A stretch of DNA of 35,400 bases, from positions 1-35,400 of the forward strand of contig MRSU01004242.1 in the NCBI GenBank assembly GCA_008369845.1, written 5' to 3'. Source of the DNA: Trichomonas gallinae (lineage: Eukaryota). The notes under the pieces are model-generated. The model was not told where the DNA came from. It searched no databases and saw only the letters and a program-made list of their open reading frames with translations. The position numbers were made by a program, and so were the translations under genes. Positions 1-10,820 of the stretch are shown piece after piece; within the stretch, counting starts at the first letter, position 1, and each line of letters starts with the position of its first letter.

Positions 1-206
1 TATTTGGTAATTTTGTGCAATAAATCTGTATAAATTATTAATTTCGATTATTAGTTGCATAAATACTAAGTTTTATGAATGGATTTCATTCGGATAGTAC
101 TAATAATTGATAAGTGCTGACTGGTAGCCCGTTTTTTGGTACCTTTATGTGACCTTTCATTTCAGCCCCGACTTTTGAAAATCAGTTTATATTTGTCAAA
201 TTGCTA

Positions 207-214
207 AAAGTGAC
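207..214 (+). promoter_or_regulatory. AAAGTGAC (trichomonad motif-2-like upstream element)
   Basis: Exact AAAGTGAC just upstream of gene A. The same 8-mer lies upstream of paralog B (15431-15438). Confidence 0.5.
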
Positions 215-231
215 AAATTGAATAAGTCTTT

Positions 232-1311
232 ACGTCGGATGGAGCAATTTTGCTCGATCCGAACTTTAATGGCACTTATTGGATTGATGGTAATACATAT
301 ACGTTTAAATTTCCATGTAATGATTCAAAATATTGCTTCCCAATACAAATTTATTTTAATCCTGGAAAATATAAGCTTGAGCTATTTGGGGCAAGCGCAG
401 GATATTATCAAAACTATATAACATCCTATCGTAATCCTAATAATATATCTGAGTGTTTATATAAATCTGAAATTGAGGAAATTGGAGGCAATTACTCATG
501 CCCAAGCACTGCATCAAATTCAGGAGCTGGAGGCTATGCTTCTAGTGTATTGAATTTAAAGTCGGGCGTAATTGCTTTCCTTAATCTGGGTGGACAGGGT
601 GAATATTGCCTATCTCCAGGCTGCCGAGGAGGATACAACGGAGGTGGTGATTGCGTTGTCGACTCTCGTGTTGAAGGAACAGCTTCTGGAGGTGGAGCCT
701 CTGATTTGAGAATTCATGAAAACTCTCTCTTCTTGAGAATTTTGGTCGCTGGAGGGGGAGGTGGGGCTGATAATCCAGGAGGAAATCCTGGAGGAGGAGA
801 TGATGGGACTGGAGGTTCTGGTGGTTATCCAGGACAAGGATATTTCACCGAAGGACGCTATGAAAAGTCGAAAGAAGTTACTACGATGAGCGGTTTTTCA
901 TTCGGAAATGGAATGATATCGAGTGGTAAAAGCGGGGAATATCCTGGCGCAGGAGGTGGATTCTTCGGAGGCTATGCTACCGGAGGATACAATTCTGGTG
1001 CAGGAGGAGGTTCATCGTTTGCATTAAATCGAAAAATTCCAGTTCCGAAAAATCTTCTTTCCGTCAAATCCGGAAACGGAACCATCATCGAACAAGGATA
1101 TTACAAATTATCTGAAACAGGTCCCTATGAATTAGATGATGTAAGGTTTGTTAATGGTGCAAATATAGGAAATGGATATGCTCGGATTACAATATTAGAA
1201 TCATATCCAATAAAATATATACCTTTTCTTTGCACTTTACACTATAATGATTCGATATTTCTAGTCATGTTGATGAAAATGCTTTCTCCATTTGCTTGCA
1301 TTGATTCTTGA
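232..1311 (+). CDS. Glycine-rich protein A (ALK/LTK-type Gly_rich domain; 'PE-PGRS-like' trichomonad family) with no N-terminal ATG
   Basis: The frame is open from 226 to TGA at 1311. Motifs: PGKYKLELFGASAG, GAGGYASSVLNL, GGYNGGG, SGGGASDLR, RILVAGGGGG, GAGGGFFGG, GGGSSF and GNGYARITIL, then a Cys linker and hydrophobic tail. The first in-frame ATG is at 886. The start is placed tentatively at ACG 232 (ACG TCG GAT, compare ATG TCG GAT at 32781); the ORF track uses TTG 250. Confidence 0.75.
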   Translation, partial: TSDGAILLDPNFNGTYWIDGNTYTFKFPCNDSKYCFPIQIYFNPGKYKLELFGASAGYYQNYITSYRNPNNISECLYKSEIEEIGGNYSCPSTASNSGAGGYASSVLNLKSGVIAFLNLGGQGEYCLSPGCRGGYNGGGDCVVDSRVEGTASGGGASDLRIHENSLFLRILVAGGGGGADNPGGNPGGGDDGTGGSGGYPGQGYFTEGRYEKSKEVTTMSGFSFGNGMISSGKSGEYPGAGGGFFGGYATGGYNSGAGGGSSFALNRKIPVPKNLLSVKSGNGTIIEQGYYKLSETGPYELDDVRFVNGANIGNGYARITILESYPIKYIPFLCTLHYNDSIFLVMLMKMLSPFACIDS

Positions 1312-1690
1312 AAGTGTTGATAATAAAATCTTAAGATAGAAAATAATTAGTCATGTGTGTCGGGAATAATTTAATTGAAGCATTCATATTCGCTCGACAA
1401 AATAGTTTATAAGTTGTATTGCCGTCCAATCTACCATATGTGATGAAAAAATAGATAAAAATAATTTTTTTTCAAAACAGGATCCTAATGCAGCAGAATC
1501 GAGGGACTTGACATATATACATTTTTAGAGTTTGAGCCAAATTTCTAGATTATTTGGAAGTTTGAGATATTTTCAATATTTGTATTTTTGACATTTTATT
1601 GTTTGATTTAATCTATATTACATGTGTATATGAATGTAATGAATGCAAAATTCGTGGTTTTTGGGTTTGAATAATTAAGGTTAAATAGTG

Positions 1691-1695
1691 TCACT
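1691..1695 (+). promoter_or_regulatory. Initiator (Inr, TCAYW)
   Basis: TCACT begins 11 nt before ATG 1702, which is typical trichomonad spacing. Confidence 0.55.
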
Positions 1696-1701
1696 TTTTA
1701 G

Positions 1702-2649
1702 ATGAATATAAGAAATAAAAGAAGAAGAAAATTAGTGCAAATTTATTATATCATCTCAATATCACTCATCATCGAGTTACTTAATATGATCCAGCCGCCT
1801 GTTTATACTAAAATTACTCCATTTGATCCAGAAGTTTTGATTTCATTAAATTGTAATAATCCGAATTGCGAACGAGCGTACTATAATTATAATAAATGGG
1901 GCGTAAAATTTATGCAAAGATTTCCAAAATCCAAAGTTATACTTACTTCAACAAATAAATCGATAAATCCAGATATTGTACTAGAAACGCAGTACATGAA
2001 TGAGAAAATCTGGTATAGGCAAATGTATTACAACAACTACGCTCTTTACAAACATTTTCTTAAATCAAAATACAATTTATTATATCGTTGTACAGAAGAT
2101 GTATACATTGATGCGAACAATATAGCAAAAACTATATTGGACATCAAATTACGAAACATGACTTATGTATTCTGCGGCCAATACGTTCCAGGAGAGAACG
2201 AATCACTTGGGAAATTTGGATTCATGCACGGCGGGCCCGGATGGATAATGAATAAAGAATCGACCAGGTATTGGGTGAGGAACAAGAAGATATTTGATGC
2301 TCTTTGGGAATTTCATTCTCAAATCGGAGATGATGTCATTGTCGAAGAGTTCATTAAAATGGAAGAGATTCCTAAGAATGATATCCACGTGGATAGCTTC
2401 ATGGGGTGGCCTATGCACATTGAAGATATCCAAAAATTAGAAAAAAGAGAATGGAATAAATTTGGAAGATGTCCTCAGATGGAAAATGAATTTACCAAAC
2501 CAATACTTGTAAAAAGTATTGCAGCTTGGCACTCAGGTCTTCCAATTTCGTTTATATATGAACATGCAGATGAAATTATTAGAGAAGCACCGGAAAATCT
2601 ATACGCAATGTCTTGCGACAAACATACAGTTTTGTGCTATTTAACATAA
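1702..2649 (+). CDS. Type II membrane glycosyltransferase-like protein (GT31/Fringe/galactosyltransferase-like)
   Basis: Basic N-tail (RNKRRRK) and TM segment (LVQIYYIISISLIIELL). It has a DxD-like YRCTEDVYID, FMHGGPGWIMN (compare GGAGYVLS), GDDV and a late AAWH motif. Confidence 0.65.
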   Translation: MNIRNKRRRKLVQIYYIISISLIIELLNMIQPPVYTKITPFDPEVLISLNCNNPNCERAYYNYNKWGVKFMQRFPKSKVILTSTNKSINPDIVLETQYMNEKIWYRQMYYNNYALYKHFLKSKYNLLYRCTEDVYIDANNIAKTILDIKLRNMTYVFCGQYVPGENESLGKFGFMHGGPGWIMNKESTRYWVRNKKIFDALWEFHSQIGDDVIVEEFIKMEEIPKNDIHVDSFMGWPMHIEDIQKLEKREWNKFGRCPQMENEFTKPILVKSIAAWHSGLPISFIYEHADEIIREAPENLYAMSCDKHTVLCYLT

Positions 2650-3396
2650 TATATTGTTTTTTGTTTGTTTTTGTATTGATATTAAATATAATACATATAT
2701 TAGAATAGATTAGTGAAATTAGGAAGACTTATCAACAGCATCAACAATAATAACTAGTCTTATCGTAATGATATTTTTCATATTTTTTTGAATGAAGAAT
2801 GTTCATTCTAAAACAAAGAATATAGAATGATAATGAATAAGAATGATATATGTTAAATTTATTTAGTATGACACTTATTATATGAATAACATCTTGATAT
2901 ATGCAGAAAATTGCTATCAATCAATTTAATTTCTTGACACAACGAATTTTCATCATTGAACCATTTCCAAAGGCCAGACATGAAAATAATCATATATTAT
3001 ATATATAGTAGACTCATAAAGTAAATTATTTGGAAAAATTCAAATTAACAAATATTTTGGCAATAGGCATAAAATCTAAAAACATCGATTTAGTGCTTAT
3101 ATTACTAAACATTTTTTGTGAATTTTCACTTCCGTAAACGTTTGAAAATTTGTAAAAATTCAGAACAAAGTCGCGATCAAAAACTTTTTGTGAAATTGAT
3201 TCAATTTGAATGGCCAAAGCAACGAAATGAAATGTCACTCATATCTATATAAGATACAGTGAAATAAGCTGATGTAGAAGGACTCGATCGTAAAAGACTT
3301 TTCAATAAATTTTTGATTATTTTTTGAAAAGAAAAAAAATTATCAATAATCGTCACTTCTCAATTTTGAATAATATCAAAACTGTCATTTTTATCG

Positions 3397-3612
3397 ATGT
3401 CTGAAGGAAATACAAACAACATACACATTGCCAGAGAAAGAGTCGAAAAGCTCCCAGAGTCAGTCATAGAAGATATTCGCAACGGAAAGCCATACAACCC
3501 TCCACAGGATTTTGGAGGTCTTGTTCCACCTGTAATCAATAATGATGACGAATCACCAAATCACTATGACATCATGAGTGCTGAAAAGGTCCAGAGAATC
3601 CAGCATAACTAG
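3397..3612 (+). CDS. Small hypothetical protein (71 aa)
   Basis: ATG start with Inr TCATT at 3385-3389. GC is higher than the flanks and codons are C-ending (AAC, GTC, TAC, ATC) as in the RPSA gene. Confidence 0.6.
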   Translation: MSEGNTNNIHIARERVEKLPESVIEDIRNGKPYNPPQDFGGLVPPVINNDDESPNHYDIMSAEKVQRIQHN

Positions 3613-4045
3613 AGAAAAATATTAAAAAAATTGAAAAATTATTCAAATTTACAATCCATTTTCTATCTGATCATAACTAAATTGTCTATGTCATTGATAT
3701 TTTATACGAAAATGAAAATTTCAAAAATTCAATAACTGTTATAAAAATAAGCATCAAATCGATATGCATGGATTTTATGTCTATTGTTAAGTGGGCAATA
3801 AGGTAAACAAATGCTAATTTTAAAAATAAAATCAAAATACTTAAATCGAATATCCTTAAATACAAAATTAATATATAGTGATGCATCTGGTCACAAATAA
3901 CATAGATGTTTGTAAAAATAATATGAATACGTTTTTCATAAAAAATATTCAATTTCTATTAATAATGATTTAGAGAAAATGATAAAAATAAACAAACATA
4001 TATCTGAATACGAAGGAAATACATAGAAATTCAAAATTAAAAATT

Positions 4046-4858
4046 CTATTTTTTGCTTTTCAATGAAAATCCAAATGATTTGACTCTACTGTTTGCACGT
4101 GGTTTTGGAGCATCATCTATTGGTTTCTGTGTCATTGACTTCATTTGCGTGTTAAGAATAAAGTAATCTGGTGTTTGCTTGAATTGGGCATAAAATGATC
4201 TCCAAGCAGTTTGAATTAGACGAGCAGCCAAGTTTTCTCGGTCATTCAAATACTGTTGAATTCTTTGATTTTTAACTCTTTGCATTTCTATTTCTTTTCT
4301 TATATTCTCTATTTCAGTATTATTCTTATCAATCTCTACTTGAGCTTTATCTATGAATACATCTTCACCTTTCAGGTAATGAACACATTTATCTTGCAAT
4401 TCTCGTATTTTTCTATGATCTTCATAGATTTTCAACCTATGTTCATCAATAGTTAAAGCTCTTTCAACATTTTTCGATTGTGCAACTAATGCATTATATT
4501 TTTGTAATAAAACATGTTTTTCTGATAAAGATTCACGCACATCATTTTGAAATTCTGGTAAATTGTATTTCTTTGAGTTTGTTTCTAAAAATTCGCGCCT
4601 TTTTTCGAGCTGATGTAATAAACCATCCGTTTGTTGCTTGATATAAGAAATAATATGCTTTTTCTGAATATCTGTCTTCTTTTCACTCGATAGTATATCT
4701 GTTAACAGTTCTAACTCTGCAATTTCGTTCTGACGTTTTTCAATTAACTGATTCATCTTGTTTATTTCTTCATGTAACGAGCCAGTCATTTTAAAATCGT
4801 TGCTCCTCGACACCATGCTTCTCGAAAGACTGGCCCTGCCTATACCAGGCCTTCTCAT
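4046..4858 (-). CDS. Coiled-coil protein with IQ calmodulin-binding motif
   Basis: Heptad-rich body and AARLIQTAWRSF fitting IQxxxRxx. The start is moved to MRRPGIG (4858) because 4859-4921 is promoter-like (TGACA/TGTCA boxes). Confidence 0.7.
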   Translation of the reverse strand: MRRPGIGRASLSRSMVSRSNDFKMTGSLHEEINKMNQLIEKRQNEIAELELLTDILSSEKKTDIQKKHIISYIKQQTDGLLHQLEKRREFLETNSKKYNLPEFQNDVRESLSEKHVLLQKYNALVAQSKNVERALTIDEHRLKIYEDHRKIRELQDKCVHYLKGEDVFIDKAQVEIDKNNTEIENIRKEIEMQRVKNQRIQQYLNDRENLAARLIQTAWRSFYAQFKQTPDYFILNTQMKSMTQKPIDDAPKPRANSRVKSFGFSLKSKK

Positions 4859-5587
4859 GTATTTGACGTAAATGTCAAAAAAAATATTTACATGACAAAA
4901 ATACGTTATTTCTATTCTCATGATATAAAAAGAATGAAAAATTAAAAAGTGCTAAAATCAAAGTCCTTCAAGCAGACTCCTTCCCAATTTAAGATGTAGA
5001 TATAACTTGGCCATAGGTCTCACATACTACAAAATTTTAAAAAGTTATTATGGATTCATGAAGTTTAGTTGGCCTCATTTTCTTGATTCATTTTTTCAAA
5101 AATTCTAGAAACTGGACATCTGCACTTTTTAAAATGGTTGCTTCGATGTTATATTTTCTTCTCTAAGGTTGCAGATTCGGAATATTCTTCGATATAAAAA
5201 GCCTGTAAAGCATAGAAATAACGCCAAAAAAGTGAAAAATATGATTTTGAGGATGAAAACAAAACATAAGTAAAACACATTCAATTTTAGCAAAGTACTC
5301 AAATGTTTTAAAAACAAAACAAAAGTTGCAACCTTATTCTTCTCAAAAATTCATCTAAGAATCATTAAGCATATGAGCATTGGTATACTACATGTTCAAC
5401 AGGAATGATATTATACTTATTGTTTAATATCTAAATCTTTTGAAAAAATAAAAACATTGGCATGAACTTGGCAATGTATGATTCCTAAAATATTGATGAA
5501 TTAATTCATATGGAATGCTTCTTTGAATTGTAAAAAGTTGTTATAATAACCAAATTTCTTTACACTCCAAAAAAATAAAAATAAAAA

Positions 5588-8500
5588 TTACATTTGACCA
5601 AATCTAGATGATATAGCTTTGTGAATTGCATGCATAGCAGTATCTTCATCTATATCATCCTCAATAGAATCTAATATTCCTAATTCCTCTAACACTTTCA
5701 TTAAAATGTTATTCTTTTCAGCGACAAGCTTCGCCTGCAACTGAGCAATTTCTTCCTGATGCTTTGTCTCAACTTCGAGATCCTTAAAGGCAGCCTGTGA
5801 ATTGATGAGCTGCAATTCACGTTTGTGCTGGCCTCCAAGCTTCTCTATCTGAACTTCTAACGTCTTCTTTGCTGTCGACAACTTAGTTATTTCACAAGAC
5901 ATTGATCTGTTTCTTTCTTCACTTTGTGCAAGATTTTCAGCAAGTTTCTTCGAAAGAGCTGCATTTTCTTCTGACTGTTGGCGCATTGCTTGCACTGTTT
6001 CAGCAAGTTTCTGTTTCAATTCAGACTGACAGAGAACTAATTTATCTATCTCAGCCTGCTGAGCCTTCTGTTGTTCGTGCATTTTTTGAGATAAGCATTT
6101 TTCTGTTTGCTTCTTCTTTTCTTTGAGCTGTGCAATCATCTGTTGAAGTTTCTCTTGTCTAGAGTTCGATGCTGATAAATTCTCATCGCATACACGCTTG
6201 GCTGCTGTTATTTGAGCCTCCGCGTCGCTCTTTGTCTGACTCATTTGAACTGTTAATGTTCTAATTGTCGCATTCTTTTCGTCAATTTCTCTCTCGAGTT
6301 GGCTGACGTCTGACCTCAAGTTCTGGATTTCTTCTGTTGATGAATAATGAGTCTTTGATAACTGCGACTCAAGGGAAGCGATGCGGTTATCTCTCCTTGC
6401 AATTTCCTTTTCTGATTCCTCGACTTTAGATTCGAGAGATTTGACCTTCAAGTCGAATTCTGACAATTTAAGTTTAAGGTCATCACAAGCCTCTGTTAAG
6501 TTCTCGCGTGCTTCAATGTTCTGCTCGCGACTCTCTATGTCACCTAAATAATCTGTGAGAACTTTGTTTGCACTTCTTAACTTCTTTATCTTGGATTTTA
6601 GTTTCATTATATATTCCGAGATCATTTCGAAATCGTTGATGCCTGAAATCTCTGTCACTCTGCCCATTTCGCTATTGATTCCATCACACGCTGTTCTCAT
6701 TGCTTGCAACTCCTTCTCTTGAGCCTGGTTGACCAGCATCTGAAGACATAATAAGTCGAAAGCAATTCGAGAATCCCAGCCTTTAACAGCTATTTCCTGA
6801 ACTGCTGCCCTTCTGTCTTCGAAGCTTCCACCAACTAAGAAGCCCATCGAAACAAACTGTGTGTCAAGCAGGTCATTGCCTCTGACGACTTTTTCTATGT
6901 TTTGAATCGAAGACGCTGCGAATTCTATCATGACTTTCGATCTGTTTAAGTTTTCTTTGATTTTCGCTGCAGCTTCTTCGTCCTTCTTTCCTGTTCTTAG
7001 TATATAAGCGAATGATTCCATGGCGCCTTCAGCTATGCTCAGTATTGATTCATGTAACTGTTTCCTTTCATCAGCTTCGCGCATCTTATTTTCGAATTCT
7101 TTAACTTTCTCACGCGCTGGTTCTGCTGCCTGTTCGAAAGCGTTGGAGAGCTCACCAAAGACTGCGGCACATTTCTGTAGTGGTGATCCTTGCGTTCCAT
7201 TTAATACTGTTGTTAATCTAGATTTGAGTGGTTCTTGGAATAATGGAATCAAGTTGTTGCTGATGACAGATGAAATAGAAGTCAATGTTTCTGTGATACT
7301 TGATTCCTTCTCTTGTTTCTGCTTCAATTTCTTCTCAAGATTTTCAATTTTTGTATTTGCTTCAGAAAGATTGTCTTCAAGTTGTTTAATAGTGACATCT
7401 TGCTTTTGTGCATTCAATGACAACTGTGTCCTTTCTTCTGTTAAGTTTTCAACTGTTAAACGCAATTCTGCTGTCATTGGTTCTAATAAAGCGAGAGCTT
7501 TCTTTAAGCGCTCAATTTCCTGCTTCTGGCTCTCGAATGCTGATGCTCCCTGTGAATGTGAAGCTTCTGCTGCTTGCAATTGCATCTTAAGAGATTCAAT
7601 TTCGAGATTTGTGCTGTTTTGCTGAGCAAAATGCGAATCTTTTTCTAGATTGAGGCACGCGATGTTCTTTTCGAGCTCTGCAATTCTGTCTTTCGATAGT
7701 TGTAATTTGCCGCGAAGTTTTTCTTTGTCTTTGGCGAATTTCTTGATTTGTGATATGGATAGTTTGAGTTTTCCTTCGATATCTGCTATAGTATGATGTA
7801 AGTCGTCGATTTCATTCTGTAATTTTGATTTTTCTTGTTCTTTTCTTCCGATTTCATCTACAAGCTTTGATCTTTCTTCGCATTCCTGCTTTTCTGGTAA
7901 TGCGAGACGCTCTTTAAGCTCAGAAATTCGAAAATCGCGGAGGGCCAACAAATCATGTAATTTTGCGATTTCTTGGTCCCTTTGAGCGACTTCTTCATCA
8001 TGAGCTGACTTTTGCACTGTAGAATCATCACTAAATTGCTTTAATTGAGCTTGTAATTGATATATTTGGTCTTGAAGATTTTTATTTTGATCGTTTTTTG
8101 CATTTATCTCGGATTTAACGCTATTTGAGAAGTCAGCAAGCTCATTCTGATACTGAGCGTGCTCGTTATGAAGGTTTTCGTTCTCAGCCAAAATATTTTG
8201 ATTTATTTCTCGTAATTTTTGGACTTTGCTTTCCAGTTTTTCGATAGTCTTCTGTAAGTCCTTTGTTTTGCCGTTTGATTCGGCCTGTTTTTTCGCGATT
8301 TCTTTAATTTGGTTAACGGAATCAATAACTTGTTTGAACGACGAAACTGGCGACCCCACGACACTCGAGAACGAGGAGAAGAATTTGGACAACTCGGTAA
8401 TGTTTGCTTCCGCTGTGTCTCTATTTGCATTTTGATTTTTCTTCAGCTTCTCGATTTCGGTCTCTAAGGCCATTTTTTCGAGGCTGTATCTCTCGATATC

Positions 8501-8788
8501 TTTGGATAATTGACGAATTTGATTTTCTGCTGTAAATTGTCGAGATTCAGCTTCTTGTGTTTTCTGCTGAGACATTTTCAATCTGTTTTGAAGATTTTCG
8601 GCCTTCTGGTTGGCCTCAAGCAATTTCGAGTTTAATTCCCTGTTCTTTTTATGTAACGATTCCAATTCTTTCGGAAGAAGAAGAGCTTTATCGAGCTGCG
8701 ACTTCAATGACTCGTTTTCCTGAGTCAAAGCAAGCAGCATATCATTACCACCAGACAGAGCTTCCTGACAGTCAGCTCTAATGTCCAT
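5588..8788 (-). CDS. Large coiled-coil protein (1066 aa), probably cytoskeletal or centrosomal
   Basis: Long ATG-started ORF with E/K/Q/L-rich heptads throughout and no catalytic motif recognised. Confidence 0.85.
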   Translation of the reverse strand: MDIRADCQEALSGGNDMLLALTQENESLKSQLDKALLLPKELESLHKKNRELNSKLLEANQKAENLQNRLKMSQQKTQEAESRQFTAENQIRQLSKDIERYSLEKMALETEIEKLKKNQNANRDTAEANITELSKFFSSFSSVVGSPVSSFKQVIDSVNQIKEIAKKQAESNGKTKDLQKTIEKLESKVQKLREINQNILAENENLHNEHAQYQNELADFSNSVKSEINAKNDQNKNLQDQIYQLQAQLKQFSDDSTVQKSAHDEEVAQRDQEIAKLHDLLALRDFRISELKERLALPEKQECEERSKLVDEIGRKEQEKSKLQNEIDDLHHTIADIEGKLKLSISQIKKFAKDKEKLRGKLQLSKDRIAELEKNIACLNLEKDSHFAQQNSTNLEIESLKMQLQAAEASHSQGASAFESQKQEIERLKKALALLEPMTAELRLTVENLTEERTQLSLNAQKQDVTIKQLEDNLSEANTKIENLEKKLKQKQEKESSITETLTSISSVISNNLIPLFQEPLKSRLTTVLNGTQGSPLQKCAAVFGELSNAFEQAAEPAREKVKEFENKMREADERKQLHESILSIAEGAMESFAYILRTGKKDEEAAAKIKENLNRSKVMIEFAASSIQNIEKVVRGNDLLDTQFVSMGFLVGGSFEDRRAAVQEIAVKGWDSRIAFDLLCLQMLVNQAQEKELQAMRTACDGINSEMGRVTEISGINDFEMISEYIMKLKSKIKKLRSANKVLTDYLGDIESREQNIEARENLTEACDDLKLKLSEFDLKVKSLESKVEESEKEIARRDNRIASLESQLSKTHYSSTEEIQNLRSDVSQLEREIDEKNATIRTLTVQMSQTKSDAEAQITAAKRVCDENLSASNSRQEKLQQMIAQLKEKKKQTEKCLSQKMHEQQKAQQAEIDKLVLCQSELKQKLAETVQAMRQQSEENAALSKKLAENLAQSEERNRSMSCEITKLSTAKKTLEVQIEKLGGQHKRELQLINSQAAFKDLEVETKHQEEIAQLQAKLVAEKNNILMKVLEELGILDSIEDDIDEDTAMHAIHKAISSRFGQM

Positions 8789-9272
8789 TTTTGATCAAAT
8801 TTATATTTATTCCCCTTAAATAAGAAGTCAGACCCTCAATATTCAGAATATGTTAATAAACGGTCGAACACCTACATTAATTTTTTAAACCCTGCAATTT
8901 TTAATTCTCAGTTATTTGTAATCTACATCATCACACAATAATAAATCTTAAACAATAATATTTTTTACATCTAAAATCCTCAAATATTATTTAAGAAATT
9001 TTCTTGATTATTTTTAAAGAAGAACAAAAATTCATTTTTAAAACACATATTTGACGAAAAACAAATCGGCAAATATGCCATATAATAGTTATTAAATATA
9101 AATATCCGAGATAAATTTATTATACACGATCAAAAATTTGAAATTTTTGATGATTTTATTATTTTATCATTGATATTGCATCTATACTATATAATATTAT
9201 TAAAAATGACATTAAAATCAATTAAAATGAAATAATAAAAATTTTGACAAAGGATTGAACAGGTCTGTTCGT

Positions 9273-9277
9273 CCTTT
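9273..9277 (+). promoter_or_regulatory. M5-type initiator CCTTT
   Basis: CCTTT ends 4 nt before ATG 9282. In T. vaginalis M5 is associated with ribosomal protein genes. Confidence 0.6.
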
Positions 9278-9281
9278 TCGA

Positions 9282-10052
9282 ATGTCTGTTGCCGCTGCTA
9301 CTGACCGCGAAGCCGCGATCAAGATGATGCTTGCTGCAAAAGTTCATGCCGGTTCTGCTAACCTTTCTTTCGGAATGCAGCCATACATTTTCTCTCGCAG
9401 GAAAGATGGCTCATACGTCATAAACCTTTCTCACACATACGAGAAGATCAAGCTGGCCGCTCGTATGATCTACGCTGTTGATGAGCCGAAAGACGTTCTT
9501 GCCATTTCTACAAAGCCATTTGGTACACGCGCTGTTCATAAATTTGCCGAATTCTTAGGCGCTAACTACGTCGAACAACGCTTCACACCAGGTCTTTTCA
9601 CAAACTACTCCATCAAGAATTTCTGTGAACCACGCCTGATGATTGTCTGCGATCCAAACACAGATTCTCAGGCTATTCACGAAGCCGCATACGCCAACAT
9701 CCCATGCATTGCTCTCTGCGATACAGATGCTCACCTCGACTATGTTGACCTTGTCATCCCATGCAACACAAAGAACAAGATGTCAATGGGTCTCATCATG
9801 TGGCTCCTCACACGTGAAGTCCTCCGCCTTCGTGGTGCCCTCACACGCACACAGGAGTGGTCTGTTCTACCAGATCTCTTCTTCTATCGTGATGCTCAGG
9901 ATGAAGCCAAGATTGCTGAAGCTCTCGAGGCTGAAGGTGAAGAGACAGTCGCTGAAGAAGGTGCCATCATCAACGCTGCTGTTCCAAAGGCTGAAATCAA
10001 GGCTGGTGCCACAAACGAGGAATGGGCTAACAAGAACGAATGGGAAGCTTAA
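9282..10052 (+). CDS. RPSA: 40S ribosomal protein SA (uS2/p40)
   Basis: Motifs MLAAKVHAGSAN, MQPYIFSRRKDG, TYEKIKLAAR, FGTRAVHKFA, RFTPGLFTN, EPRLMIVCDP, EAAYANIPCIALCDTD, VDLVIPCN, WLLTREVLRLRG and PDLFFYRD. Strong codon bias. The true start is ATG 9282, not the TTG 9255 of the ORF track. Confidence 0.97.
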   Translation: MSVAAATDREAAIKMMLAAKVHAGSANLSFGMQPYIFSRRKDGSYVINLSHTYEKIKLAARMIYAVDEPKDVLAISTKPFGTRAVHKFAEFLGANYVEQRFTPGLFTNYSIKNFCEPRLMIVCDPNTDSQAIHEAAYANIPCIALCDTDAHLDYVDLVIPCNTKNKMSMGLIMWLLTREVLRLRGALTRTQEWSVLPDLFFYRDAQDEAKIAEALEAEGEETVAEEGAIINAAVPKAEIKAGATNEEWANKNEWEA

Positions 10053-10820
10053 AACTAGTCTTAAAAGACAGATCGGAAAACTGAATAAACATTCAGAACA
10101 TTTTATATCTAATTATATATCATGTCTATGGATAATATAGTGATATTGCTTTTGCTTTTTGTTATTAAACTTTAATTTTAATAGAATGAAGAAATTATCA
10201 AATCATTAATATGAGGTTAATGATCAAAAGATTCCATTTTTAATAAGTGAAACAGGAATTTTAAGAGTCCGTTGTTTAGTTTTTGATTGTTCAAAAGTAT
10301 TTCTAAAAAATATAAATATATCGTCATGGAAATGATTCCAAAGGCTATTTTATTCATCATTTTAGTAATACAAAACATAATCGAACTGTTTCCTATTTAT
10401 ACGAGTCGTGAATATTGACAAAGAAAAAAAGCAGAAAACATTTTTAAAAAATGACAAAATTTCAATCCGTTATTTTCTGAACTACAAATTTTTCATTCAT
10501 AATCATTATTTGCTTTTTGAAGATATAAAAAATATCACAAAATCCATTTTTTCAAATAATATTTGTCACTTTTGTCATATTTTTAAAATAATCATTATTA
10601 TTTTTAGAATAATATAAATAAGTCAAATTAAAAAATTGATAAAATACGTTATTTTATTTTCTTTTACAAATTTACCATATTGTTTATTATAAATTAATGA
10701 ATTGTTTTTAAAATTTTATTGCGGTTAATTATTTTTGATAGAAAATGATTATTCAAGTTTATATTGTCATAGAAATACTACCCAAAAATATCAAAATATT
10801 CAATAAAAATCTAAAAACAA

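Noticed and set aside
3686..3952. Short AT-rich ORFs (3026-3238, 3686-3952, 5129-5317, 10408-10617, 34798-35013, 34962-35195)
   Set aside because: I/F/K/N-rich translations of intergenic DNA, mostly with non-ATG starts and no recognisable domains.
7020..7625. 201-aa antisense ORF (also 24249-24698, 28562-29071, 27443-27826, 19082-19375 and others)
   Set aside because: These are shadow ORFs opposite strongly supported genes, explained by codon bias, with no motifs.
9780..9840. RPSA as a laminin receptor
   Set aside because: The vertebrate LMWWML palindrome is not present (LIMWLL here), so the sequence supports only a ribosomal role.
9643..10140. 165-aa overlapping ORF in RPSA
   Set aside because: Alternate-frame by-product of biased codon usage in a highly conserved gene.
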